Assembly (NCBI GenBank): GCA_050618075.1
Contig: JBNLVL010000010.1
Span: 1,642 to 65,641, forward strand
Direction of reading: 5' to 3'
DNA length: 64,000 nucleotides
DNA from: Myxococcota bacterium
GTDB taxonomy: Bacteria; Myxococcota_A; UBA9160; UBA4427
Positions 27,439 to 37,650 of the stretch are shown one piece after another. How positions within the stretch are numbered: position 1 is the first letter of the stretch; each line of letters begins with the position of its first letter. Under the pieces are notes generated by a model. The model had not been told where the DNA came from, did no database searches, and saw only the letters and a program-made list of their open reading frames with translations. Position numbers and translations under genes: made by a program.

Positions 27439-30013
27439 GCCCGAGGTCCTTCAGGCGTTGGAGCATCCGGGTGCCCACCGCGGCCGGTCCCCAGCCCTGC
27501 TCGATGTGGCGGCGGGCGCGGGCGCCGATCAGGCGGGAGCGGACCGGGTCGAGCACGAGCTTTCGCATGGCGTCGGCCGCCTGATCCACGTCCGGGTCTG
27601 CCCAGACCTGGTCCTCGTGGTGGGGATACTCGCCCTCGGCCACCGGCACGAGCTGGTAGTCCACCAGACACGAGGTGGATTCGGTCATGAAGTCGGTGTT
27701 GCCGGAGTAGTTGGTGGCGATCACCGGCTTGCCCAGGGCCATGGCCTCGGCCATGCCGCGACCGAACCCCTCGCTGCGGTGGAGCGAGACGTAGCTGTCG
27801 CAGCAGTTCACGAGCCCGGCGATCTCCCGGGGCGAGAGGACGGCGTCCAGCAGTCGCATGCGAGGGTCTTCGGCCACCTCGGCGCGCAGGGCCGCCAGCT
27901 CCTCCTGATGCCAGTCCTGGGCCATGGTCTTGATCAGCAGCAGGACGTCCCGCCGGTCGCGGTCGAAGGCGCGCTGGAAGGCCTCCATGACCGCCCGGGG
28001 GTTCTTGCGCGTGGCATAGGACGAGAAGTCGAAGCTGAAGAGGAAGATGAATCGATCCTCGGGCAGATGGAAGTAGCTCCGATCGATCGACGGCGGCGCG
28101 CTCACCTGGACGGCGATGGGCATCCAGACCACCGGGCGATCGGCCGTCTTCGAGATCGATTCCTGCACGAACCGCGAGGGGGCCCAGACCTCGTCCACCA
28201 TCTCGATCGCGCCCCGCCAGGCCGCTGGAAACCGGCTGAGCTCCCACGCCCAGTAGCCGACGTTGTGGCGCCCGGCGAAGAAGTCCTCGCCCAGGGTGTC
28301 CCGGACCACCTGCATCTGGTCGGCGTTGATGTGGAACAGGTTGACGTTGAACGTGGCCTCGTTGTCGAGCCACGAGACGAACCGATCGTCCTGCTGGCGC
28401 GCCACCACGTTCGCCGAGAAATCGTAGAGCGCGAACGGGAACTTGATGGCGTCCAGGGCGACCGCCGAGAGGCGAACGTGCTCCCCCATGCCGAGCTCCG
28501 CTCGCGGATAGCCGATCAGACGCGCCCCGATCGGGAACGAGCGCCGCACCCCGGCCGGAGCCGGAGCCGATCGCGACGCCCGCGACGAGCGCGGGAGGGC
28601 CGGCCGATAGGCGGTCCGCAGGAGGGTCGTCTTCACGCGGCGCCGCACGGGCACCGGGACCCGCAGATAGAAGCGCTTCAGGCGATAGGCGTTGCTGAGT
28701 GCGCCCATCGCCACCCGCTGGAGCCAGGACCGATCGACGGCCGGAGGAGCCGCGCGGCGTTCGCCGCGGACCGCTGCGTCCGGCCGGGGCGGCTCCGGCG
28801 CGGCCGCGGGCCGCACGGCCCGGGTGAACTCTTCGTCGAGCCCGAGCTCGCGGCCGGCCGAGTGCAGGAACCACTCGGTGAATCCACGATTCCCGTCGGC
28901 GGTCCGGAGGTCGAAGGCCTCCTGGAGATCCGGGCGACTCTCCCAGACGCGAGCCATGATGCGGGTGACGACCCGGCCCGGGTGCTGCGGGACCGCCCGG
29001 CTGGGCTCGTTGCAGTAGGCCCGGGCGGCGCCCGCGGGATCCTCGTCCAGGCTTCGACTGGATTCGAGCTCTTCGCGATAGATGCGGCGTAAGAGATCGG
29101 GAATCGGCCGGCCTTCCGAGTCGATTCCGAAGGCGTACGACTCGCCGGCGAGCTGCCGCCGGCCGGCCCGGTCGACCCGACGCCGGTACTCGTCGAGGAG
29201 GATCCCCAGCTCGCCGATGGTCGAGGCGCTGAAGCGCTCCTGATGCTTCGAGAAGACCTCGGGGTCCGGGCTCTCCACCCCGCTGAAGTGGACGAACCGC
29301 AGGGGGGCGTCGTTCGCGGTCCAGCGTCCGTCCACCTGGGCCACCTTGCGGTGCATCAGGTTCCAGTACGCCACGTTGTACCCCGGGTGGCGGAGGATGC
29401 GCGTCCGCTCCACGAAGCACGGCAGGAGGTCGGCCCACTTCTGGTCGACGAAGAGGCCCTCCTCCAGGTCGATCCGACAGTCGCGAACCAGCTTGCGGTG
29501 CCACCAGGAGACGAAGCGGCGAGCCTCCGGGTCGTTGGCCAGGGCGAGAAAGCCCAGGTTGTAGATCCCGCTCTGGAGCATCGAGTGGTCGTCGGGCTTC
29601 TGCCCGTCCTCGATCGGGGCGCAGATGTGGGGCGTGAGAACCGCGGAGTCCCCCTCCCGAAGCCCGTCGAGCAGCTCCGCCATGGGGCTCACCAGGTAGA
29701 TGTCGGGATCGAGGTACACGACGGCGTCGCAGTCCCAGCGGTCGAAGACGTGGCGGAAGGCGGCCGGCTTGATCGCCGTGGCGAACTCGGTGACGTTGTA
29801 CCGGAAGGCCATTGCGGCGAGGTCTTCGATGCCGAGATCGCCGGCCTCCACCACCTCGAAGGCCTCGGCGGCCGGATCGAAGCGCCCCTCGAGACGGTCG
29901 GAGAGCACCAGGATCCGCTCGAACTCCGGGTGCTGCCGCTCGACCGACTCCATGAGCGTGCGCGCGTACGCAAGGTAGTTCCGGGCACAGATCGTGAAGA
30001 CCGCGACCTTCAC
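27431..30013 (-). CDS. two-domain glycosyltransferase (N-terminal DxD-type GT + C-terminal GT4-like)
   Basis: GTG at 30013 overlaps the upstream TGA (GTGA). The N-domain has YLDPDIY. The C-domain has the GT4 E-x7-E block HRSEGFGRGMAEAMALGKPVIAT. Confidence 0.85.
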   Translation of the reverse strand: MKVAVFTICARNYLAYARTLMESVERQHPEFERILVLSDRLEGRFDPAAEAFEVVEAGDLGIEDLAAMAFRYNVTEFATAIKPAAFRHVFDRWDCDAVVYLDPDIYLVSPMAELLDGLREGDSAVLTPHICAPIEDGQKPDDHSMLQSGIYNLGFLALANDPEARRFVSWWHRKLVRDCRIDLEEGLFVDQKWADLLPCFVERTRILRHPGYNVAYWNLMHRKVAQVDGRWTANDAPLRFVHFSGVESPDPEVFSKHQERFSASTIGELGILLDEYRRRVDRAGRRQLAGESYAFGIDSEGRPIPDLLRRIYREELESSRSLDEDPAGAARAYCNEPSRAVPQHPGRVVTRIMARVWESRPDLQEAFDLRTADGNRGFTEWFLHSAGRELGLDEEFTRAVRPAAAPEPPRPDAAVRGERRAAPPAVDRSWLQRVAMGALSNAYRLKRFYLRVPVPVRRRVKTTLLRTAYRPALPRSSRASRSAPAPAGVRRSFPIGARLIGYPRAELGMGEHVRLSAVALDAIKFPFALYDFSANVVARQQDDRFVSWLDNEATFNVNLFHINADQMQVVRDTLGEDFFAGRHNVGYWAWELSRFPAAWRGAIEMVDEVWAPSRFVQESISKTADRPVVWMPIAVQVSAPPSIDRSYFHLPEDRFIFLFSFDFSSYATRKNPRAVMEAFQRAFDRDRRDVLLLIKTMAQDWHQEELAALRAEVAEDPRMRLLDAVLSPREIAGLVNCCDSYVSLHRSEGFGRGMAEAMALGKPVIATNYSGNTDFMTESTSCLVDYQLVPVAEGEYPHHEDQVWADPDVDQAADAMRKLVLDPVRSRLIGARARRHIEQGWGPAAVGTRMLQRLKDLGLT

Positions 30014-31911
30014 CCGTCTTCTCCCTCTCCGGCATCCCCGGGTCGCGGGGGCGCGGCCCGCAGCTTCTCGATCTCGTCGAGCAGCGACTTCACGTACACC
30101 TCCTGGCGGGCGCGATCCTCGTCACGCGCCGCGATCTCGCGCTCGGCATCCGCCCGCAGCTTCGTGTTCTCGGCCTCGAGCGCCCGCGCCACCTCGCTTC
30201 GCCGCTCCAGCTCGTGCTCGAGCTGCTCGGCCACCTCCGAGCGGCGCACCAGCTCGGCGTCGCGCGCCGCGATCTCGCGCTCGGCATCTGCCTGCAGCTT
30301 CGCGTTCTCCGCCTCCAGCGCCCGCGCCACCTCGGCTCGCCGCTCCAGCTCGTGCTCGAGCTGCTCGGTCACCTCCGCGCGGCGTGCCAGCTCGGCGTCG
30401 CGCGCCGCGACCTCGCGCAAGGCGTCGGCCTGCAGCTTCGCGTTCTCCGCCTCCAGCGCCCGCGCCACCTCGGCTCGCCGCTCCAGCTCGCGCTCGAGCC
30501 CCTCGGCCACCTCCGAGCGGCGTTCGAGCTCGGCATTTCGCGCCAGGATCTCGCGCTCGGCGTCGGCCTGCAGCTTCGCGTTCTCGGCCTCCAGCGCCCG
30601 CGCCACCTCGCTTCGCCGCTCCAGCTCGCGCCCGAGTCCCTCGGCCACCTCGGAACGGCGTGCGAGCTCGGCGTCGCGAGCGCCGAGCTCACGCTGCGCG
30701 TCGGAACGCAGCTTGCGGATCTCTTCCTCGAGGCCCGCCGCGACCTCCCCGCGATGCACCAGCTCGAGGTCCCGGGCCGCGATCTCGCGCTCGGAGTCGG
30801 CTCGCAGCTTCTGGACCTCCCGCTCGAGCGCCTGGGTATAGGAGCGCCCGCTCTCCGCGGACGAGCGGAGCGCCCGAAGCTCGCGCTCCAGGTCCTCCAC
30901 CGCGGCGCGCCGGGCCGCAGCGTCGCGCAGCAGGGCCCGACGCTGCTGGGACACCTCCCGGACCAGGGGCCCGAGGAGCGCGTCAAAGCCCGCATGCGTC
31001 CGGGAAGCGGGCCATTCCGGACCCTCGAGCGCGCCCTGGGCGATGGCCTCCAGCAGGCTTGAGGCCTCCAGGACTCCGTCGCAGTGGGCCTCGATGTCCG
31101 CGAAGGGCACCCGGTCCGCCAGCTCCGGCCAGCGCGGCTCGCGCGCCGCCACCACGGCCGCGGCGAGGTCCTCGGACCGGCCGGCATCCAGGCCCGCGGT
31201 CTCCAGCAGGTCGCCCAGGGTCTTCCGCGGCTCGGCTCTCAGCTCCCGGTCGAGATCGATCACCCGATCGGCGTAGCGATCCGCCACCGCTGCGGAGACG
31301 CGCCACAGCAGGTAGGCCGTCTCGTAGGAGCTCTCGAACCGCCGGGCGCCGAGCTCCGGCAGGTGCGCCACCAGGTTGGCCGCCCAGATCGTGAGGTCGT
31401 ATCCGGTGTTGAGCCACGGATCGAGTCGGCGCTCGACCTCGGTGTGCTGGAGGATCGAGGCCCAGTTCTCACGCGGATCCCGCCGGATCGACACGATCGT
31501 CGCCGACGGGAATTCCCTGCGCAGCCAGGGAAGCCGGAGGTCCGCTCGCACCAGCTTGAAGACCGGCCGGCGTGGAGAGGCGAGTCGCGCGAGCTCCTGG
31601 AGGTAGGCCTCCAGGGCCGGGTGGGACTCGCTGGCCGCGAGGCACAGGCGTACCACTCCGAAGTCCGGATCGTGGAGCGCCAGTGCGGAGCGGGCCTCGG
31701 CGTACTCGGCGAAGTAGTCCTCGACACCGACGTGCGTCGGGTCGGGCGGCGTCGCGGCCGCCACGTGATCGGGCAGATTGTCGTGGAGCGGCTCGAAGTA
31801 GGCGCGAACCGACTCGAGCTGCCGCAGGACGTGCCAGAGCACCGTGGTTCCGCTTCGAAAGCGCCCGGTGATGAAGATCGGGCGGGTCTCCGCGCCCAAA
31901 TCGGTTCCCAT
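30010..31911 (-). CDS. sulfotransferase domain fused to a long C-terminal coiled coil
   Basis: Internal ATG at 31911 of track ORF 30010..32838. PAPS-binding 5'-PSB-like loop GRFRSGTT and 3'-PB-like SIRRDPRENWAS. The C-terminal roughly 270 aa are heptad-like E/R/A/L repeats. Confidence 0.75.
   Translation of the reverse strand: MGTDLGAETRPIFITGRFRSGTTVLWHVLRQLESVRAYFEPLHDNLPDHVAAATPPDPTHVGVEDYFAEYAEARSALALHDPDFGVVRLCLAASESHPALEAYLQELARLASPRRPVFKLVRADLRLPWLRREFPSATIVSIRRDPRENWASILQHTEVERRLDPWLNTGYDLTIWAANLVAHLPELGARRFESSYETAYLLWRVSAAVADRYADRVIDLDRELRAEPRKTLGDLLETAGLDAGRSEDLAAAVVAAREPRWPELADRVPFADIEAHCDGVLEASSLLEAIAQGALEGPEWPASRTHAGFDALLGPLVREVSQQRRALLRDAAARRAAVEDLERELRALRSSAESGRSYTQALEREVQKLRADSEREIAARDLELVHRGEVAAGLEEEIRKLRSDAQRELGARDAELARRSEVAEGLGRELERRSEVARALEAENAKLQADAEREILARNAELERRSEVAEGLERELERRAEVARALEAENAKLQADALREVAARDAELARRAEVTEQLEHELERRAEVARALEAENAKLQADAEREIAARDAELVRRSEVAEQLEHELERRSEVARALEAENTKLRADAEREIAARDEDRARQEVYVKSLLDEIEKLRAAPPRPGDAGEGEDG
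30130..30681. repeat. 138-bp tandem repeat, 4 copies, coding (46-aa coiled-coil units)
   Basis: The unit starting cgcgatctcgcgctcggcat recurs at 30130, 30268, 30406 and 30544 with few substitutions. It encodes ARDAELARRSEVAE(G/Q)L.(R/H)ELERR(S/A)EVARALEAEN(A/T)KL(Q/R)ADAEREI. Degenerate copies flank it. Confidence 0.9.
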
Positions 31912-32070
31912 CCCGGCGGAGGATATCAGAACGCCCGAGCCGTGTAACGAGAGAGAGCGGGTCCGACCATGGCCCGCGGCGCGCCGCACTCCGTGGCCGT
32001 CGCCGGGTCCGAACGGGGAACACTCGGGAGAAGATCGGTAGAATCCACCAGGGGGGAATCGCGAAGCAAG

Positions 32071-32826
32071 ATGACGAGCAGCAGCTATCTGCCGGAGCTC
32101 CCGGCGATCCCGAACCGGCTCGAGCGCGGGCGCCGCGTCCACGAGGGGTACCAGCGTGGGGCGGGCCTCCAGTTCGGCGGCCTCGCCCGGCGGATCGAGT
32201 CCGATCCGGTCTACCGCAGGGCGATGAAGGCGGCCGGCGGCCGATCCATCCTCGGCGACGACAACCGCTACAACCTGTTCCTGATCCTGAGGTTCTTCCT
32301 GGCTAGGGTTCCGCACGGAAACATCGTGGAGTTCGGCTGCTACAAGGGTGGCAATGCCATCTTCATGGCCAGCGTGGCACGCGAGCTCCACCCGAACGTG
32401 CGCATCCTCGCACTCGACACCTTCGAGGGCATGCCCGAGACCGACAAGCACCGCGACGCCCACGACCGGGGCGACTTCGCCGACGTCGACCTCGCGAGCC
32501 TGGAGGCCCATGTCGCGCGCCTGGGGCTGTCGAACCTCAAGTTCCGCAAGGGACTGTTCCAGGACACCGCGAAGCCGGCCCTCGAGGACCTCGGGAGCGT
32601 CGCCCTCGCCCACATCGACTGCGACATCTACTCGGCCGTCGCCTACTCGTACGAGGTGGTGCGCCCGGCCATGGTGCCCGGGGGCTACCTCGTGTTCGAC
32701 GACGCCACGGTCTCCACCTGCATCGGCGCCACCGAAGCGGTCGAAGAGCTCGTCATCCGCCGGGACGGCCTGAGCGCAGAGCAGATCTATCCGCACTTCG
32801 TCTTCCGCGCTCCGGGAGCGGCGTGA
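32071..32826 (+). CDS. TylF/MycF-like O-methyltransferase family protein
   Basis: Internal ATG at 32071. Motifs IVEFGCYKGG and AHIDCDIYSAV, typical of macrocin-O-methyltransferase-like enzymes. Confidence 0.8.
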   Translation: MTSSSYLPELPAIPNRLERGRRVHEGYQRGAGLQFGGLARRIESDPVYRRAMKAAGGRSILGDDNRYNLFLILRFFLARVPHGNIVEFGCYKGGNAIFMASVARELHPNVRILALDTFEGMPETDKHRDAHDRGDFADVDLASLEAHVARLGLSNLKFRKGLFQDTAKPALEDLGSVALAHIDCDIYSAVAYSYEVVRPAMVPGGYLVFDDATVSTCIGATEAVEELVIRRDGLSAEQIYPHFVFRAPGAA

Positions 32827-32836
32827 GCCCCTTCCC

Positions 32837-33610
32837 ATGAGCGCGAGCCGACTTCCGCACTACTTCGAGCTCCTGCTCTACAAGAGCTACGCGGACCTGC
32901 GCGCGGAGTCCGCCCGGACCTACATCGGGTTCGTCTGGTGGTTCATCGACCCGATCGTCAACATGGTGCTCTTCTATTTCGTCTTCTCGTTCCTGCTGGA
33001 TCGGGGCGTCGAGAACTACGTCCCCTTCCTGCTCGTCGGCATGGTCGTCTGGAAGTGGTTCAACAGCAGCGTGATCGTCGCGGCCAACTCGATCCGGGCG
33101 AACGCCGGACTCATCAACCAGGTCTACATCCCCAAGGCCTTCTTCCCGCTGGTCGTGGTGCTCGAGACCAGCGTGAAGTTCGCGATCGCCTTCGCCCTGC
33201 TCCTGGCCTTCCTCTGGGCCTACGGCTTCCCCGCCAGCGTCCACTATGCGGCGCTGCCCGTGGTGATGGCGGCCCAGGCCGCGGTCATCGTCTCCCTGGC
33301 CCTGCTGCTCTCGAGCGTGGTCCCGTTCTTCCCCGACCTGAACATCGTGCTCGAGAACGTCCTGCGCATGCTCTTCTTCCTCTCGGGGGTCTTCTTCCCC
33401 ACGGAGCGGCTGCCCGAATCCATCCGCAGCTGGTTCGTCCTGAACCCCATGCTCACCCTCATCGAGAGCTTCCGGGACGTGCTCATGTACCAGCGCTGGC
33501 CGTCCTGGTCCGGCCTGCTGGGGGTGCTCGTCGCCTCGCTCGTCCTGGCGAGCGTGGGCTTCTCGATCCTCGGTCGCTACGACCGGGTCTACCCGAGGAG
33601 CACCCGGTGA
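32837..33610 (+). CDS. wzm: ABC-2-type polysaccharide exporter permease
   Basis: Six-TM ABC-2 pattern (YIGFVWWFIDPIVNMVLFYFVFS...). It is immediately followed by the ATPase. Confidence 0.9.
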   Translation: MSASRLPHYFELLLYKSYADLRAESARTYIGFVWWFIDPIVNMVLFYFVFSFLLDRGVENYVPFLLVGMVVWKWFNSSVIVAANSIRANAGLINQVYIPKAFFPLVVVLETSVKFAIAFALLLAFLWAYGFPASVHYAALPVVMAAQAAVIVSLALLLSSVVPFFPDLNIVLENVLRMLFFLSGVFFPTERLPESIRSWFVLNPMLTLIESFRDVLMYQRWPSWSGLLGVLVASLVLASVGFSILGRYDRVYPRSTR

Positions 33611-34326
33611 CGGCCGGGGTCCGCCAGCCGGGTGCGCCGGTCCTCTCCCTGAGCGGGGTGGGCGTGTCGTACTGGAAGCGCACCGGGCTGTTCCGGCGGG
33701 GCCGGTTCTGGGCACTCCAGGACGTCAGCTTCGACGTGGGCCACGGAGAGACCCTGGGGATCATCGGTCGCAACGGGGCCGGCAAGTCCACCCTGCTGCG
33801 CCTCCTGGCCCGGGTGATCGAGCCCGACCGGGGCGAGTTGCGCAGCGAGCAGATCACCGCGTCGCTCCTTTCGCTGAAGCTCGGCTTCGTGCCCACCCTG
33901 ACCGGCCGCGAGAACGCGCAGCTCTCGGGCATGCTCCAGGGGCTGCGTCGCGCCGAGATCGCCGCGCGCATGGACGAGATCGTCGAGTTCTCCGACCTGC
34001 AGGAGTTCATCGACCAGCCGATCGCCACCTACTCCTCGGGCATGCTCGCCCGCCTCGCCTTCGCGGTGGCCTTCCAGTCGAAGCCCGACGTGCTGTTGAT
34101 CGACGAGGTCTGGGGGGTGGGCGACGCCGACTTCCGACAGAAGTCCCGGCTGGTGATGCGCGAGATGGTCTCCTCCCAGCGCACGGTGGTCCTGGTGACC
34201 CACAACCTCGACCTGGTGCGTCGGTTCTGCGACCGCGCGGTCTGGATCGAAGGGGGCACCTCGCGCGCGGTGGGCCCGCCCGAGGAAGTGATCGAGTCCT
34301 ACCTGGGCGCCGCCGGCCAGGAGTGA
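33607..34326 (+). CDS. wzt: polysaccharide ABC exporter ATP-binding protein (short form, NBD only)
   Basis: GTG at 33607 overlaps the wzm TGA (GTGA). Walker A GRNGAGKST, signature YSSGM, Walker B LLIDEV. At 239 aa there is no room for a C-terminal carbohydrate-binding domain. Confidence 0.9.
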   Translation: MTAGVRQPGAPVLSLSGVGVSYWKRTGLFRRGRFWALQDVSFDVGHGETLGIIGRNGAGKSTLLRLLARVIEPDRGELRSEQITASLLSLKLGFVPTLTGRENAQLSGMLQGLRRAEIAARMDEIVEFSDLQEFIDQPIATYSSGMLARLAFAVAFQSKPDVLLIDEVWGVGDADFRQKSRLVMREMVSSQRTVVLVTHNLDLVRRFCDRAVWIEGGTSRAVGPPEEVIESYLGAAGQE

Positions 34327-34368
34327 GACCGGGGCCGCCGGCCGTGTCCGGGACCGCGCCCGGTCGCC

Positions 34369-35100
34369 TCAGGGGCGCGCCGAGCCGTCGGGGGAGCCGC
34401 GGTCGGCGAGCAGCTCCTGGGCGCGCGCGTAGTCCTCGGGCACTCCGATGTCGATGAAGCGCCCCCGAACCCGGTAGGCCAGGGGACGAAGCGCCGGCAG
34501 GCGCGGCTCCAGGAACCCGGCTTCGAAGGAGAAGCGGTCCGGGAGCGCCGGGTCGGCCAGCAGGTCCGACGCCACGAGATAGGTCCCCGCGTTGATCCAG
34601 CCCGGCCCTGCCGCCCCGGCGGCCTCGAACCGGACCACCCGACCGTCCTCGACGGCGACCCGGCCGTAGCGTCGGGCGTCGTCCACGGGGTGCAGGGTCA
34701 TGCTCATGCGCAGCCCCGGGTCCGCCTCGAGAGCGAGGTGGTGGCGCCGCCAGAGATCGCGGAGGTCCATCTCGACCCAGGTGTCCCCGTTGGCGACGAT
34801 CGCCCACGCCGCCTGCACCCTCGAGAGCGCCCGGCGCAGGCCGCCGCCGGTTCCCAGCGGGCTCGGCTCGACCGCGTAGTCCAGCTCGAGTCCGGCGAAA
34901 CGGTCGCCGAAGTGGTCCGAGATCACGTGGCCGAGATGCCCCACCGACAGCACGACCCGTCGCACCCCGCCGCTCGCGAGGCTCTCGAGCAGGATCTCGA
35001 GGAAGGGCCGGCCGGCCACCGGCGCCATCGGCTTCGGCGCCGCGCTCACCACCGACTGCAGCCGGGTCCCCAGTCCTCCCGCCAGGACGACGGCCTCCAC
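34369..35100 (-). CDS. sugar-1-phosphate nucleotidylyltransferase (HddC-like)
   Basis: N-terminal LAGGLGTRL nucleotidyltransferase motif. About 240 aa. Starts 4 nt after the stop of the GHMP kinase. Confidence 0.8.
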   Translation of the reverse strand: MEAVVLAGGLGTRLQSVVSAAPKPMAPVAGRPFLEILLESLASGGVRRVVLSVGHLGHVISDHFGDRFAGLELDYAVEPSPLGTGGGLRRALSRVQAAWAIVANGDTWVEMDLRDLWRRHHLALEADPGLRMSMTLHPVDDARRYGRVAVEDGRVVRFEAAGAAGPGWINAGTYLVASDLLADPALPDRFSFEAGFLEPRLPALRPLAYRVRGRFIDIGVPEDYARAQELLADRGSPDGSARP

Positions 35101-35103
35101 GGA

Positions 35104-36132
35104 TCAGAGGATCTTCCAGGCCTGGGTGCCGTGCTTGGTGAAGTGGCAGGGGATCACCCGGCCCTCGAGCCGCGAGAGCGCGCGGGCCACCGCGATGCGC
35201 CTGGCGGGGTCGACCATGAACATCATGAAGCCGCCGCCGCCGGCTCCCGACACCTTCCCGGCCCGGGCGCCGGCCTGGAGCGCGATCTCCAGCACCTCGT
35301 CGATGGAGTCGGTGGTGATGCCCGACGCGGTCGCCTTCTTGGCGCGCCAGGAGTCGCCCATCAGGTCCGCGAAGCGGCCGAGGTCGCCCAGGAGCAGACA
35401 CTCCTTCATCCGCACGGCCTCGGACTTGAGCTGCTCCATGGCCTCGATCGAGCGGGCGTCGCGCTGCTCGACGTTCTCGATCTGGCGCTCGATGATGGCG
35501 GCCGACGAGCGCGACGCCCCGGTGTAGAACAGGACCAGCGAGCTCTCGAACTCCGACACGATCCAGTTCTTGATGCGCAGCGGGTTGACCAGGACCCGGT
35601 CCGAAGCGCTGAACTCGATGAAATTGAAGCCGCCGAAGGTGGCGGCGTACTGGTCCTGCTTTCCGCCGTGGAGGCCGAGGTCGATGCGCTCGATCTCGTA
35701 GGCCAGGTGCGCGATCTCGTAGTCTCCGAGCGGCAGGCCGAGGAACTCGGCGAAGCAGCGCACCATGGAGACCACCAGCGCCGAGGAGGAGCCGAGCCCG
35801 GAGCCGGCGGGCACGTCGGCATAGGTCTGCAGGGAGATCGCGAGCGGCTGACCGCCGTTGAAGTCCCGGATGATGCGGTTGTAGACGCCCTTGTGCAGGT
35901 CGAGCTTCCCGTCCAGGGCCAGCGGGTGGGCGGCGTCGCCCTCGAAGAACTCGTCCTGGTCGGCGGTCGAGAAGCGGACCCGGCCGGGAGCGCACGCCTC
36001 GATGATGGAGTAGGCGTAGAGATCGACCGTGGCGTTGAGTACCGCGCCGCCATACAGCTCGGAGAACGGGGACACGTCGGTTCCCCCTCCGCCCAGCCCC
36101 AGGCGCAGCGGGGCTCGACAGCGAACGATCAT
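35104..36132 (-). CDS. GHMP-family sugar kinase (HddA-like heptose-7-phosphate kinase candidate)
   Basis: GHMP motif II PAGSGLGSSSAL. C-terminal GAGGGGF. Confidence 0.8.
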   Translation of the reverse strand: MIVRCRAPLRLGLGGGGTDVSPFSELYGGAVLNATVDLYAYSIIEACAPGRVRFSTADQDEFFEGDAAHPLALDGKLDLHKGVYNRIIRDFNGGQPLAISLQTYADVPAGSGLGSSSALVVSMVRCFAEFLGLPLGDYEIAHLAYEIERIDLGLHGGKQDQYAATFGGFNFIEFSASDRVLVNPLRIKNWIVSEFESSLVLFYTGASRSSAAIIERQIENVEQRDARSIEAMEQLKSEAVRMKECLLLGDLGRFADLMGDSWRAKKATASGITTDSIDEVLEIALQAGARAGKVSGAGGGGFMMFMVDPARRIAVARALSRLEGRVIPCHFTKHGTQAWKIL

Positions 36133-36153
36133 GGGACCTCCTCGGACACGGCG

Positions 36154-36888
36154 TCAGAGCTCGTCGTCGTTGCCGAACGGCGGGGCGGCCGCGTTGGCGC
36201 GCTTCAGGACGGCGAGATCGTCGCGATACTGGTTCAGGTGGATGCGGGTCTCCCGGTCCGGCTGAGCCGCCCCGCGGACCCTCCCGCCGGCCTCGACCTC
36301 CTCGACCGGACGTTTGCGCACCACGATCTCGATCCCACACTCCCCCACCGGCGTGAGGGTCTGATCGTAGCGCGGCAGCGCGTACCGATAGCCCGCGTCG
36401 AGCAGCTGGACCCGATGCACGTCGGCCCGAGGTCCCAGCTCCTTCAGGAGATCCAGCACGTTCAGCGAGCGGTCACTCCAGGAATCCACCTTCGAAATGG
36501 TGAACGTCCACTTGTGATCGAGGTTGAAGGTGCTCGGAAACCGGCCCTGCTCGTAGAGATCCTCGTCGGGAACGGTGACGACCAGGTGTCCCCCGGGCTT
36601 GAGGACGCGAAACCAGCTCTGCAGTCCCCGTCGCGGGTCCCTCAGGTGCTCCAGGCAGTGGCTGCTGTGGACCAGATCGAACGCCTCGTCGGTCAGGCCG
36701 GGCAACGACTCCGCATCCCCGTCCTCGACGTCCCAGACCCGGACGCTCTCGAGCAGGGGAAACAGCTCGACGTAGAGGGAGAGGGGATCGGGGCGCCCCC
36801 CGATGTCGATCGCCTGGCCCCGGAAGTAGCGTGCCATGAAGCCGGGGTCGCCCAACCGGCGCTGGATGCTCTTGCTGCACTCCTTCAC
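36154..36888 (-). CDS. class I SAM-dependent methyltransferase
   Basis: FDLVHSSHCLEHL and LKPGGHLVVTVP. GTG at 36888. An alternative ATG is at 36837. Confidence 0.75.
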   Translation of the reverse strand: MKECSKSIQRRLGDPGFMARYFRGQAIDIGGRPDPLSLYVELFPLLESVRVWDVEDGDAESLPGLTDEAFDLVHSSHCLEHLRDPRRGLQSWFRVLKPGGHLVVTVPDEDLYEQGRFPSTFNLDHKWTFTISKVDSWSDRSLNVLDLLKELGPRADVHRVQLLDAGYRYALPRYDQTLTPVGECGIEIVVRKRPVEEVEAGGRVRGAAQPDRETRIHLNQYRDDLAVLKRANAAAPPFGNDDEL

Positions 36889-37053
36889 CGGGGGCTCCGG
36901 TGCGATCGAGGCGCCGCGGATCGGCAGTGGGGTCGCGTATGTGCGTCAGGGCATCGCATGGCGGTTTCGAAAGTCACGACCTCGCAGTCTTCACTCCGCT
37001 CCGGGCTCGTGGTCGCGGGCGGGATTCTACGCGATAATCCGCCGCCGGAGTAG

Positions 37054-37650
<597 letters not shown>

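Noticed and set aside
30130-30681. Regular 138-bp repeats that could be mistaken for a repeat array or CRISPR
   Set aside because: The repeats are contiguous, with no spacers. They are in frame and encode a coiled coil inside a CDS with a recognisable sulfotransferase head.
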